Notes: generated from the letters alone by a model not told the origin. A DNA stretch of 64,000 nucleotides from Oligoflexia bacterium (GCA_963758495.1 CAVWVI010000003.1:1408001-1472000), one strand, 5' to 3'; numbered from the stretch's first letter, positions 42,552-56,127 are shown. Made by a program: numbers and translations.

Positions 42552-43658
42552 ATGAACTTTTCAATTGATCGCTCACCGCTATTAGAAGCACTTCAAAAAG
42601 TGCAAACCGTGGTTGAGAAAAAAAATACAATACAAATTCTTGGCAGCATTCTTTGCACAGTGAAAAATCAAGAGTTATCTCTTTGTGCAACAGACTTAGA
42701 AGTCGGGATTAAAGTGAATCTCCCAGTAGAGGCTCAGCAGGAGGGAAAGATTACTCTCTCAGCAAAGCACTTTCTAGATATTGTCAAAGAACTTCCAGAG
42801 AAGAAGCTGACCATTACGAGAAAGGACAATAGTTGGATTGAAATCAACTGTGGGAAATCCCGCTTTAATATAGTGAGTCTTTCAGCGGATCAGTTTCCGT
42901 CCCTTCCTGGGTTTGAAGATAAGATTTATTTTGAGGCACAAACCAAGTCTTTAATTGATATGATTGATCGGACACAGTTCGCTGCTTCTACGGACACAAC
43001 ACGGTATCACATTAACGGGGTATTCTTTGAACACCTTGAAAACAGCGTCATGAGAATGACCGCAACAGACGGTCATCGATTGTCCTTTGTAGATCAAGAA
43101 GTCTTTTTGAATAACCCTGATCTTAAACGGGGGATTATTATCCCGAAAAAAGGGTTAGCAGAATTTAGAAAAATTTTAGATGAAGGTAGTCAAACTATCG
43201 GTCTTTCTTTTGAGAGAGGCTATATTTTTGCAAAGTTGGAAAGTACTTATTTGTTTATTCGTTTGATCGATGGCGAATATCCTGATTATAGACCTGTGAT
43301 TCCCAAGGCCGTTGATCGGTTGGTGAAAATTGATCGACAAACTTTTAATTCTGCGCTCAAACGAGTCAGCTTACTCGCAAACGAGAAAAGCAGAGGAATC
43401 AAACTGACTCTACAAGCAGGTTCTCTTGTTATTTCTTCCAGTAATCCAGATATGGGAGAAGCACATGAAGAACTTGAAGTTGAGTATACAGGTGAATCCA
43501 TGGAGATTGGTTTTAACTCTAAATACTTGCTTGAGAGTTTAGCTGTCATGAAGTCAGAAAAACTAGAATTTCATCTTAAAGACCGATTGAGTCCTGGAAT
43601 TCTGCGAGAAGTGGATCACCAAAACCATACTTACGTTATTATGCCTATGCGAATTTAG
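42552..43658 (+). CDS. dnaN: DNA polymerase III beta sliding clamp
   Basis: ATDLEV, ATDGHRL, LIDGEYPDY, IGFN.KYL, IMPMRI. Confidence 0.98.
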   Translation: MNFSIDRSPLLEALQKVQTVVEKKNTIQILGSILCTVKNQELSLCATDLEVGIKVNLPVEAQQEGKITLSAKHFLDIVKELPEKKLTITRKDNSWIEINCGKSRFNIVSLSADQFPSLPGFEDKIYFEAQTKSLIDMIDRTQFAASTDTTRYHINGVFFEHLENSVMRMTATDGHRLSFVDQEVFLNNPDLKRGIIIPKKGLAEFRKILDEGSQTIGLSFERGYIFAKLESTYLFIRLIDGEYPDYRPVIPKAVDRLVKIDRQTFNSALKRVSLLANEKSRGIKLTLQAGSLVISSSNPDMGEAHEELEVEYTGESMEIGFNSKYLLESLAVMKSEKLEFHLKDRLSPGILREVDHQNHTYVIMPMRI

Positions 43659-43666
43659 TCAATTTA

Positions 43667-47339
<3,673 letters not shown>

Positions 47340-47373
47340 GAATTGTAGCTATAAAGGCGGATAAGTAAAGATC

Positions 47374-49941
47374 ATGAGTGAAACACTGCCTCAGGAAAAA
47401 AATGTAATTGTTGTTAATATTGAAGATGAAATGCGTGGAGCCTACCTCGATTACGCCATGAGTGTCATCGTAGGTCGAGCGTTACCAGACGTTCGTGACG
47501 GTTTGAAGCCAGTTCACCGACGAGCGCTCTATGCAATGTATGATTTAGGTAACGTTCACAATAAACCTTATAAAAAATCAGCCCGTGTCGTGGGTGACGT
47601 TATTGGTAAATACCATCCGCACGGAGATGTACCAGTCTATGAAACCATTGTCCGAATGGCACAAGGCTTCTCGCTTCGATATCCGTTGATTGATGGACAA
47701 GGAAATTTCGGCTCCATCGACGGTGATTCTCCGGCAGCCATGAGGTATACCGAGATTCGAATGGCAAAGATCACAGATGAACTTCTGGCTGATCTGGATC
47801 GCGAAACAGTAGATTTCACACCCAATTACGATGATAGTTTAACGGAACCTTCCGTTCTTCCAGCTAAAATTCCAAATTTACTCATTAACGGTTCAACAGG
47901 AATTGCAGTTGGAATGGCAACTAATATTCCTCCACATAATTTGTCAGAAGTGATTCAAGCAACGATTGCTCTGATTGATAATCCCAAGTTAATTGCGGAT
48001 GAACTCACACAGTATGTAAAGGGACCTGATTTTCCGACAGGTGGTTTTATATTTGCAGGACAAGGACTAAAAGATGCCTATCGAACTGGACGTGGCGCAA
48101 TCACGCTCCGAGCGAAGGTAGAAATAGAAATTTGGAAAGGCGATCGAGAGAGGATTATTGTTACCGAGCTTCCTTATCAAGTGAATAAAGCAAAGCTGAT
48201 CGAAAAGATTGCTGATTTAGTGAAGGATAAGAAAATAGAAGGCATTTCAGACTTAAGAGATGAGTCTGATCGTACGGGGATGAGAATTGTAATTGAAATT
48301 AAAAAGGGTACGAATTCAAATGTACTTTTGAACCAGCTTTATAAGCTGACTCAGCTTCAAGATAGTTATGGAATTAATTTGCTGGGAATTCATCAAAATC
48401 GTCCCAAGCTCTTTAATTTAAGAGATTTGCTTTGGGCGTTCATTGAACACCGCAAAGATGTTGTCGTTCGTCGGACCCTCTATGACTTAAAAAAAGCTGA
48501 GGCCAGAGCTCATATTTTAGAAGGATTGAAGAGAGCGGTTGAGTATATTGATGAAGTCATTTCATTAATTAAGCAGGCAGGAAACCCTGAAGAGGCTCGT
48601 TCCGGATTAATGGGACGTTTCGAGTTTTCAGAATTACAAGCACAGGCAATTTTAGAAATGCGTTTACAACGGCTCACTGGCCTTGAGCGCGATAAAATTG
48701 TGGATGAATATAAGCAGATTTTACTTTCAATTGAAGCCTTGAAGAAGATTTTATCAAGTGAAGCTCTTGTATTTGAGGTGATTAAAAAAGAACTTTTAGA
48801 AATACAAAAGAATTATGGTGATAAAGATAAGAGACGTACTGAAATTATCCTGGGGGGATTGAATGATTTTGAAGTGGAAGATCTCATCTCTGACGAGGAT
48901 ACGTTAGTTTCAATTACGCATGCAGGTTATATTAAGAGAGCTGATCCTAATTTATTTCGAAGTCAGCATCGTGGCGGACGTGGAATTCGGGGCGTAAGCA
49001 CGGGAGATGAAGATTTTGTTACGGCAATCTACCGAACAAACACTCTGAGTTACCTACTCTGTTTTACGGATAAGGGAAGATTGTATTGGCTCAAAGTTTA
49101 TAAAGTTCCAGAAGCGAGCCGAATTGCTAAAGGTAAAGCGATTGTAAACTTAGTGGCCCTTTCTCCTTCAGAGAAGATAAAAGCCATTCTTCCCGTTCGA
49201 GAATTTAGTGACCATGAATTTGTGGTGATGGTCACCCGTGCGGGAGTTATTAAAAGGACCGCATTAAGTGAATTTAAAAATGTCAGAGCGGCTGGACTAA
49301 CTGCGATCTCAACAGATGAAGGGGATGAACTCGTCAGTGCAAAATTGACTAAAGGTAATAATGATATTTTCCTTTGTTCCAGAGATGGAATGAGTATTCG
49401 CTTTAATGAGCAAGACGTAAGGGTGGTTGGACGCACTGCTCGCGGTGTAGCGGGAATGAATCTTTCCGATGATGACCGTGTGGTAGCGATGGAAGTTTTG
49501 GATATTTCTGATGGAACTCCACAACAAGAATATGAAATTCTCACTGTGACCGAAAACGGTTATGGAAAGAGAACTCCTGTGAGTGAATATCGTATTCAAA
49601 GTCGTGGAGGGGTCGGCGTTATTACGATGAAGACGAATGACAGGAATGGAACCATTATGGGTTCTCGTCAAGTATTGCCTAAAGATGATGTCATGTTGGT
49701 ATCGAGCAAAGGGCAAATGATTCGTATTCATGTAGGTGAAATCTCTGAGCAAGGACGAAACACCCAAGGGGTTCGACTCATTTCCTTGTCACCTGCAGAA
49801 AAGCTAGTTTCATTTGAATACCTGGCAGAAAATGCAATTGAAGCTGTAGTAGAGCTCACAAGTGAACAGCTTGTGCCGGAACCCGTCTTAGAGGGAGAAG
49901 TTTTCATTGACGGAGCAGAAGGTGATGGAGGTCTCAGCTGA
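47374..49941 (+). CDS. gyrA: DNA gyrase subunit A
   Basis: [29 protein letters not shown], GyrA-box QHRGGRG. Confidence 0.98.
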   Translation: MSETLPQEKNVIVVNIEDEMRGAYLDYAMSVIVGRALPDVRDGLKPVHRRALYAMYDLGNVHNKPYKKSARVVGDVIGKYHPHGDVPVYETIVRMAQGFSLRYPLIDGQGNFGSIDGDSPAAMRYTEIRMAKITDELLADLDRETVDFTPNYDDSLTEPSVLPAKIPNLLINGSTGIAVGMATNIPPHNLSEVIQATIALIDNPKLIADELTQYVKGPDFPTGGFIFAGQGLKDAYRTGRGAITLRAKVEIEIWKGDRERIIVTELPYQVNKAKLIEKIADLVKDKKIEGISDLRDESDRTGMRIVIEIKKGTNSNVLLNQLYKLTQLQDSYGINLLGIHQNRPKLFNLRDLLWAFIEHRKDVVVRRTLYDLKKAEARAHILEGLKRAVEYIDEVISLIKQAGNPEEARSGLMGRFEFSELQAQAILEMRLQRLTGLERDKIVDEYKQILLSIEALKKILSSEALVFEVIKKELLEIQKNYGDKDKRRTEIILGGLNDFEVEDLISDEDTLVSITHAGYIKRADPNLFRSQHRGGRGIRGVSTGDEDFVTAIYRTNTLSYLLCFTDKGRLYWLKVYKVPEASRIAKGKAIVNLVALSPSEKIKAILPVREFSDHEFVVMVTRAGVIKRTALSEFKNVRAAGLTAISTDEGDELVSAKLTKGNNDIFLCSRDGMSIRFNEQDVRVVGRTARGVAGMNLSDDDRVVAMEVLDISDGTPQQEYEILTVTENGYGKRTPVSEYRIQSRGGVGVITMKTNDRNGTIMGSRQVLPKDDVMLVSSKGQMIRIHVGEISEQGRNTQGVRLISLSPAEKLVSFEYLAENAIEAVVELTSEQLVPEPVLEGEVFIDGAEGDGGLS

Positions 49942-49955
49942 CGAGGACAGCCAGC

Positions 49956-50798
49956 TTGAGATCTTTAACGCAATGGACCCGGGCGTTAAATCCGCTATTG
50001 ATAAGTGGTTTGCTAGTGATTTCAAACAGTGCATGTAGTGTGGATAGCGCCCGAAGTCACTACGTTCTAGCTGAGAAGCTTTGGACTGATCAAAAATATA
50101 CTGAGGCAGTTTCAGAGTTTGAGAAAGTCATGAGTAAAGATTCCCATGGAAAGCTTGGCCTTCAAGCGATCTACCGTGCGGCTATGACTCAGTTTTTATT
50201 TCTTTCTCAATATAACGATGCTGTCCGAAAGTTTAGGGCGTATGCTCAAGAAAGTACGGATCAGAAGTCAGCTTGGATAGCGCAGTTGCAAATCGGTGAG
50301 ATTTTATTTTCAAAAACTGAACAATACGATCAGGCTATTCTTCACTACCAGTCCATGCTTAAACTGGATCCTTTAGCTCCAGAAGCACCTGAGCTTTTAT
50401 TTAGAGTTGGAAAAAGTTTTTTTTATCTCTTTCAATTTAAGGAGGCCGTGAGTACCTACGAAGACTTAATTAAGAAATATCCTCAGTCGGCTTGGGCTGA
50501 AAAGGCGATGTTTGAGATTGGGTCCACTTATTTCACTCAAGGAGAGCAAAACTCTGACGTTGGAATGGAAGCCTATCAGGTAGCGATCCATGCCTATGAA
50601 AGGTTTATTAAGCACTATCCTCAGAGTACTCGAGTGGTAGAAGCTCATTTTGGAATGGCCTCTTGCTTGGAGGAGTTAAATCAACTCAGTGAAGCTTGTC
50701 GAGCCTATGAAGCTTTAAAAGGGATTTATCCGTCCCCTCACGTGATTGAGGTCAAACTCCTGCGAATTCACAAACGAATCGCTCAACGGAATCGGTAA
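49956..50798 (+). CDS. Tetratricopeptide-repeat lipoprotein (BamD/CpoB-like)
   Basis: Lipobox-like NSAC; repeated TPR helices with YPQS motifs. Confidence 0.8.
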   Translation: MRSLTQWTRALNPLLISGLLVISNSACSVDSARSHYVLAEKLWTDQKYTEAVSEFEKVMSKDSHGKLGLQAIYRAAMTQFLFLSQYNDAVRKFRAYAQESTDQKSAWIAQLQIGEILFSKTEQYDQAILHYQSMLKLDPLAPEAPELLFRVGKSFFYLFQFKEAVSTYEDLIKKYPQSAWAEKAMFEIGSTYFTQGEQNSDVGMEAYQVAIHAYERFIKHYPQSTRVVEAHFGMASCLEELNQLSEACRAYEALKGIYPSPHVIEVKLLRIHKRIAQRNR

Positions 50799-50992
50799 TG
50801 GATTGGAAAAAACTAGGCTTATTTACGGCTATCTTGACTGAATTTATTGCATACTCTGGCGCTGGGTTTGGCTTAGGATACCTGGTTTGGGCTAAGTGGG
50901 GGGCTCCCTGGTGGGTGCTTGGAATTTTCAGTTTAAGTGGGTTGAGTCTAGGAATTTACAAAATCTATCAGCTTTCCCAGAAAGAACTTTAA
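50798..50992 (+). CDS. AtpZ/AtpI-like small membrane protein
   Basis: Two TMs with G..LGY...WG.PWW pattern; upstream of atpB. Confidence 0.7.
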   Translation: MDWKKLGLFTAILTEFIAYSGAGFGLGYLVWAKWGAPWWVLGIFSLSGLSLGIYKIYQLSQKEL

Positions 50993-51142
50993 CGAAATTC
51001 TGGAAAAGAGAAGAGGACGACAGGACCCATTCCAGAGAATTTGCCCGAGAAGTTGGTCGAGCCGCAAAGCTCGCGGTTGACGGCAGGGCTAACCAAGTGT
51101 ACAAACGAAAAACGCCTATGGAACCGATGAGGGTATTATCTA

Positions 51143-51856
51143 ATGCATGAGGAGCATGGTTTTAATTTACTGTCTTATATTCCTCTTTTGAAGGAACTTC
51201 CCAATCATGTCGCAATGACCATTGTGGTATGTCTGGTTTTGGTTGCAACTACGTTCATTGCAAAGCTTCAGTTAGTTCGCGCAATGCAAGGACCGGATGG
51301 CGGTTTAGTTCCTGATGTAAAACTGACTTATAAAAACTTTTTTGAAATTATTGCGGAAAGTCTCTTTAAGTTGACTGAGTCTGTAATTGGACATCACGAT
51401 GCCCCTCTTTATTTCCCTATCATCGGATCGCTTTTTGCTTTGATTTTTACCTGCAACATTGTGGGGCTTGTTCCAGGTCTTTTGCCTCCTACAGATAATC
51501 TAAATACTACTTTGGCTTTAGGTATCTTTGTTTTTATTTATTACAATTACGTTGGATTCAAAGCCCATGGGTTGGCTTATTTGAAGCAGTTTCTAGGACC
51601 AGTTCTTTGGTTAGCGCCCTTGATGATCATCATTGAATTAGCTTCCCACCTTTTTAGACCACTTTCCCTTGCGTTTCGTTTACGCGGGAATATTATGGGC
51701 GATCACGTCGTCCTCGGAGTTTTTAGCACATTGGTACCCTACCTCTTACCTGTAATTTTTTATGGGCTGGGAGTGTTCGTGGCCTTTATACAGGCCTTCG
51801 TCTTTTGTTTGATGACGATGGTCTATATTTCCCTGTCGACATCACATGATCATTGA
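51143..51856 (+). CDS. atpB: ATP synthase F0 subunit a
   Basis: [25 protein letters not shown]. Confidence 0.96.
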   Translation: MHEEHGFNLLSYIPLLKELPNHVAMTIVVCLVLVATTFIAKLQLVRAMQGPDGGLVPDVKLTYKNFFEIIAESLFKLTESVIGHHDAPLYFPIIGSLFALIFTCNIVGLVPGLLPPTDNLNTTLALGIFVFIYYNYVGFKAHGLAYLKQFLGPVLWLAPLMIIIELASHLFRPLSLAFRLRGNIMGDHVVLGVFSTLVPYLLPVIFYGLGVFVAFIQAFVFCLMTMVYISLSTSHDH

Positions 51857-51876
51857 GAAGAAAGGATGAATTGAAA

Positions 51877-52185
51877 ATGAATTTTCGTAAGACCCTGTTA
51901 TTAATTGGGACTTTAGTAATGACTTTTGGCGCTTCGTTCGCTTTTGCTGATGAAGCAGCAGCGGCACATGGAGCAGGTATGGGTTCACTTGGAGCCGCAT
52001 TAGCTATCGGTATTGCAGCATTCGGTGGAGCTCTCGGACAAGGTAAAACAGCTGCAGCAGCCTTGGAAGGGATTGGACGTAATCCATCTGCTCAAAATAA
52101 AATTTTCGTACCTATGATTATCGGTCTTGCCTTGATCGAATCTCTTGTTTTGTACGCATTCGTTATCGCTTTCGTCAAATACTGA
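51877..52185 (+). CDS. atpE: ATP synthase F0 subunit c with signal-peptide-like N-terminal extension
   Basis: GALGQG...GIGRNP...GLALIESL; N-terminal MNFRK...SFAFA. Confidence 0.95.
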   Translation: MNFRKTLLLIGTLVMTFGASFAFADEAAAAHGAGMGSLGAALAIGIAAFGGALGQGKTAAAALEGIGRNPSAQNKIFVPMIIGLALIESLVLYAFVIAFVKY

Positions 52186-52200
52186 GATCTGTATATATGT

Positions 52201-52271
52201 AAGTTCTCGACGACATCTGCGGGGTTAATCATTTTTTGTGACCCCACAAATGTTGTTGAGAACTTTTTTTT
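52201..52271 (+). terminator. 27-bp imperfect hairpin followed by a T-tract after atpE
   Basis: AAGTTCTCGACGACATCTGCGGGGTTA pairs with TGACCCCACAAATGTTGTTGAGAACTT (3 G-U pairs, 2 mismatches), then a T run. Confidence 0.7.
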
Positions 52272-52351
52272 CAAACACTTTCCTCTCCCTTTTTAAATTC
52301 CCTTTTTCCTCCTCATATTTTTGTAACTTTTCTAAAACCTGAATCAAGTGT

Positions 52352-52423
52352 AAGCACTACGCGGAGTCCTGTTGCGCCGGGAATCCAAATCTTTACGGCA
52401 CAACAGGACTCCGTGTAGTGCTT
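52352..52423. repeat. 28-bp-arm inverted repeat with 16-nt loop
   Basis: AAGCACTACGCGGAGTCCTGTTGCGCCG / CGGCACAACAGGACTCCGTGTAGTGCTT, 26/28 Watson-Crick pairs. Confidence 0.9.
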
Positions 52424-52480
52424 GTCAACAGCCCTAAAGGAATTACTTACGATCAAGTGAAGTGTGACATGGCTTCCTCG

Positions 52481-52571
52481 TTTAAGGACGCAATTTGCGA
52501 CCTTAAAGAAAAGTGAACATGGTAACTATCAGAAATACTTATCTTTTACGGAGATGAGTATGATTCTTTAA
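52481..52571 (+). pseudogene. Relic ORF6N gene fragment containing a palindrome copy
   Basis: From 52482 it reads LRTQFATLKKSEHGNYQKYLSFTEMSMIL*, matching the ORF6N L-x-x-Q-F-x-x...HG...Y-L...FTE segment. Confidence 0.7.
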
Positions 52572-52625
52572 GGTCGCTGATGTGCCGTCAGATAGCGAAA
52601 TGAGAGAGTTGTGAATTGTTCTCCA

Positions 52626-53119
52626 AACTTGAGGTCGCAAATTGCGACCTCAAGTTGCGATGCGTTATTTATAGTCTTAGATATCAAAACTTGAGATGCC
52701 AATTTGGCATCTCAAGTTGTAATTTTCTCGGCGTTCATTGGGTTTTACATTTAAAATCAACTAGTTATATAGGAAATCTTGAGATGCCAATTTGGCATCT
52801 CAAGTTAGATTTACCTAAATTTGCCTACCAATTTTTATTTTAAAATTCATATATACATAAACTTGAGGTCGCAAATTGCGACCTCAAGTTGCGATGCGTC
52901 ATTTGTTATTTCGGGTACAACTTGAGGCGCCAAATTGGTACCTCAAGTTGTAAGATTCTAAAATTTAATAAAAATTCACATTTAAAATCAATTAGTTAGA
53001 TAATAAAACTTGAGGTGCTAAATTGGTACCTCAAGTTTTATAAGCTTTGGAAGTTCAAGTTTTGGGGTGTTAATTTAAGATTTCAAAAAACTTGAGGTCG
53101 CAAATTGCGACCTCAAGTT
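52626..53119. repeat. Array of seven 31-bp palindromes, A[A/T]CTTGAG-N4-[C/T]AAWTTG-N4'-CTCAAGTT
   Basis: Copies start at 52626, 52688, 52776, 52860, 52919, 53007 and 53089; spacers are 31, 57, 53, 28, 57 and 51 nt. Confidence 0.97.
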
Positions 53120-53184
53120 ACAGAAGTAAATTTTACTATGATTTAATATGGTGCGAGATTCTAAAAGGGTGTAGATCGCATGCC

Positions 53185-54102
53185 ATGCAATTAACAATTA
53201 GCGAAATTAGGCGACGGATCTACTTTATGCGTGGTCAGCGTGTAATGCTGGATGTCGACTTAGCAAAATTCTACGAAATTTCAACTAAGCGTTTAAATGA
53301 GCAGGTAAAGAGAAATATCAGTCGGTTTCCGGAAGATTTTAGATTTCGACTTACAGAAAATGAATGTGATGAATTGAATTCACAATTTCCAATTTCAAGC
53401 ACTGAGCATGGAGGAAGGCGATATTTACCTTATATTTTTACGGAGCATGGTGCCACAATGTTAGCAAGTGTTTTGAATACTGACCGGGCCATTCAAGTAA
53501 ATGTAACTATTGTTCGTGCTTTTGTTCAAATCCGTGAGTCCTCAATCCAAAAAGAGCTAGCATTAAAAGTAATGACACTAGAGAAACAGTACACTGAGGT
53601 CTCGAAAGTTATCTCCGATGTTCATTTAAAACTTATGGCCCTGACTTCGCTACAAAAGACTAATTCTTTTAAAACTCGTTACAATAAAGCTGACTTAAAA
53701 GAGCAAGAACATGTCTCGCTTGATACTAAGTTAGAGACACTGACTCTCGTTACAAAGGAAGCTAAAAGAGATTTCAATAACGCTAACGCTATCAATGAAG
53801 TGCCTCACAATCTTATAATCGGCGAAATTCAAAAAGCTGTAGCAAGATATTATAATGTAAAAATTCAGGATTTACGAAGTACAACTCGCATCAAGGTAAT
53901 CGCATTGGCCAGACAAATCGCGATGTATTTAGTCCGAAAACATACGGGGATGAGTTTTAAAGACATTGGAACTCATTTCGGTGGTAAAGATCACACAACA
54001 ATTATGCATGCTTGTAGTAAGGTTGAAGTGAGTATAAAAATAGATGCTTCAATTCGGAACGCTATAGAGTCGATTGAAGGGGTTTTGTCAAAAAATATTT
54101 AA
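53185..54102 (+). CDS. ORF6N-domain protein fused to a DnaA domain IV (DnaA-box-binding HTH)
   Basis: N-terminus IYFMRGQRVMLDVDLAKFY...LNEQVKRN..RFPEDF.F.LT...GGRRYLPY.FTEHG..MLASVLN; C-terminus RQIAMYL...FGGKDHTTIMHA. The frame is also open from TTG 53092 in the last palindrome. Confidence 0.92.
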   Translation: MQLTISEIRRRIYFMRGQRVMLDVDLAKFYEISTKRLNEQVKRNISRFPEDFRFRLTENECDELNSQFPISSTEHGGRRYLPYIFTEHGATMLASVLNTDRAIQVNVTIVRAFVQIRESSIQKELALKVMTLEKQYTEVSKVISDVHLKLMALTSLQKTNSFKTRYNKADLKEQEHVSLDTKLETLTLVTKEAKRDFNNANAINEVPHNLIIGEIQKAVARYYNVKIQDLRSTTRIKVIALARQIAMYLVRKHTGMSFKDIGTHFGGKDHTTIMHACSKVEVSIKIDASIRNAIESIEGVLSKNI

Positions 54103-54197
54103 ATTATTAAAGTTTATACTCTAAACGATTTTCAGTTGTCTAAAATATAAACACTATTTTCTTAAAACACCCATAAAAACAGCATAATTCCAATACT

Positions 54198-54443
54198 TTG
54201 TCGTCGGCACCATTGTTGCTTAAGGTAAATCCTACGAAGGATGGAGTTATGATAAGTAAGTCTTCTGCAGGTTTAGATGAAATATTAGAAATACTAGATC
54301 TATTCAGATATGATATGAGTGATTCTGAATACGATCACGCTCGAAAAGTGATCTTATCTAAGGGGAATGGTTTATCAGCTGAATTTGATTTAGCTGTCAG
54401 GGCTGATCAACAGAAAGTCATTGAATTCTTCAGGGAATTATAA
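54198..54443 (+). CDS. Small hypothetical protein (start uncertain)
   Basis: 81-aa ORF; GGAG precedes internal ATG 54249. Confidence 0.45.
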   Translation: MSSAPLLLKVNPTKDGVMISKSSAGLDEILEILDLFRYDMSDSEYDHARKVILSKGNGLSAEFDLAVRADQQKVIEFFREL

Positions 54444-54477
54444 TGAATTCATATTTTATCGTATATGAATTCATTAT
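54440..54477. promoter_or_regulatory. 15-bp perfect inverted repeat upstream of the 54494 ORF
   Basis: ATAATGAATTCATAT-8 nt-ATATGAATTCATTAT. Confidence 0.6.
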
Positions 54478-54493
54478 GTATTTTTAAGTAATT

Positions 54494-55387
54494 ATGAATA
54501 AATTAACTAAATATAGCTATAAGCTAATGGTAATTAATTTCTGGACTTTATTGATAGCGCTCGGTCTGAGCCCATCATGGGTACTTGCATGTAATTCACT
54601 TTTTATTGACGAAGGTACGATTAAAAAAATACCGAGCGTTATTAAGGCAACTGAAAATAGTTCCAATAATTTTCAGGCTTATATTGATGCCTATGAATCA
54701 GCATGTAAGGAACAAAATGAACTCATGACGAGGATCTTAGGCCAAATGGCACCTCATGATCCAACAAAAGACGCTCAAGATCATGAGGTTGTCGTGATCG
54801 ATAATACTCTCTTATCCATTAAAAAAATGATTGAATCCAATTACAGCTTTGAAGAAAGCTGGAACAATAATAGCAGCAGAATAAATACAAACCCGTTTGA
54901 TTATCTTTATCAGGAAGTGTGTCAAGGTAGAATTACTCATTCTTATATACAGTATTCTATATCTAAACTAAGAGAATCTATTTTTAATGGAGGATCTACT
55001 CAATTCAGTACTCAAGAAAATGCTTATCCGCAATTAATAACAGTATTTGAAGGAAAAAAGTTGGTGGGTCTTGCATTTTATGAGTATCACGGTAGAGACG
55101 GCTTCACGGAAGATTCTGTGGTTATTGATTTAATCTGTGTTGCAAAGGGAAAGCAGCTTGGAGAAAAAATAATTACTAGTTTAGAAAATAAAAATCTTAA
55201 AGCCACAAATGCAAATCCAGGTTCTCTGAAGAGAAGAAAAATTACTTTAAACTCTATCGCTAACCCGAAGACATTTAGTTTTTATGAACGAATGTCATTT
55301 AAGGTAGACATGTCTGGAAATTCAGAAGAAGGTATTCCAATGATTAAGGAAATTGAATTCAACCTTACCCAGAGAATTCTCAATTAA
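54494..55387 (+). CDS. Secreted hypothetical protein with GNAT-like C-terminal domain
   Basis: Signal peptide; KLVGLAFY...IDLICV..GKQLGEKII...ITLNSI...FYERMSF. Confidence 0.65.
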   Translation: MNKLTKYSYKLMVINFWTLLIALGLSPSWVLACNSLFIDEGTIKKIPSVIKATENSSNNFQAYIDAYESACKEQNELMTRILGQMAPHDPTKDAQDHEVVVIDNTLLSIKKMIESNYSFEESWNNNSSRINTNPFDYLYQEVCQGRITHSYIQYSISKLRESIFNGGSTQFSTQENAYPQLITVFEGKKLVGLAFYEYHGRDGFTEDSVVIDLICVAKGKQLGEKIITSLENKNLKATNANPGSLKRRKITLNSIANPKTFSFYERMSFKVDMSGNSEEGIPMIKEIEFNLTQRILN

Positions 55388-55509
55388 AGAGAACATGCGT
55401 GCGTAAATAATTAACAAATATAATTTAATTAAATTGTATAATACTTAGACAGTTGTTAACGTAATTCAAGTCGCCTTTCTTTTTTTAATCCCATAACCTA
55501 CTGTTTGTA

Positions 55510-56088
55510 TTGATGAAAGCGATGGCATCTGAATTGCTTTTACTATCATTAACTATGATAATAAAAAGCACAAATTTAAAAAATAATACATTAAATACTT
55601 TAATCGCCGGTATCGTGGTCACCACTTTAGTTGCTCTATTCGCCGTTACAGAAAACTCTTCTTATGCTCACTCTCAAAGAGGCGAAATTGCAAGTGCTAG
55701 TGCTCATGTATCAGTTACAGTGGTAACCCCACTCGGTATGGATACAAAGAAGAATTTTACTTTGAATGAAGTGACTCAAGGTTCAAAACCCCAAGTGATA
55801 CAGCCTACTGATCAGGGTGCTACTCAATTTTATGCAACTGGAGAGAAAGATCATCTGATTACACTCTCATTTGATTCTCAAGTTTCCTTAAATGATGGGG
55901 CTGGTAACCAGATTGGTTTTAATCATATCAGATCGAATGTAGGCGATGGAAGTTCTGGAAATAGTACTAAGTTAAATGCTGCAGGAGTCAAAGGTTTTCA
56001 GTTGGGAGGAAGCAGAGCTGCTTTTTCCAAGAATCAGGTAGTCGGGATGTATTTAGGCTTTCTAAAAGCAACTGTTGTTTACCAATAA
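55510..56088 (+). CDS. Exported beta-rich protein, DUF4402/fimbrial-like
   Basis: Signal-like segment, ASASAHVSVTVVTPL, FQLGG, GMYLG.LKATVVYQ C-terminus; start uncertain. Confidence 0.55.
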   Translation: MMKAMASELLLLSLTMIIKSTNLKNNTLNTLIAGIVVTTLVALFAVTENSSYAHSQRGEIASASAHVSVTVVTPLGMDTKKNFTLNEVTQGSKPQVIQPTDQGATQFYATGEKDHLITLSFDSQVSLNDGAGNQIGFNHIRSNVGDGSSGNSTKLNAAGVKGFQLGGSRAAFSKNQVVGMYLGFLKATVVYQ

Positions 56089-56127
56089 AGTGGAAATATT
56101 CCGTTTTAAGGATATTCTATTTTTAAA

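Noticed and set aside
52626..53119. Palindrome array as a CRISPR array
   Set aside because: Spacers range 28-57 nt and are related to each other, repeats vary with compensatory changes and are palindromic end to end, and there are no cas genes.
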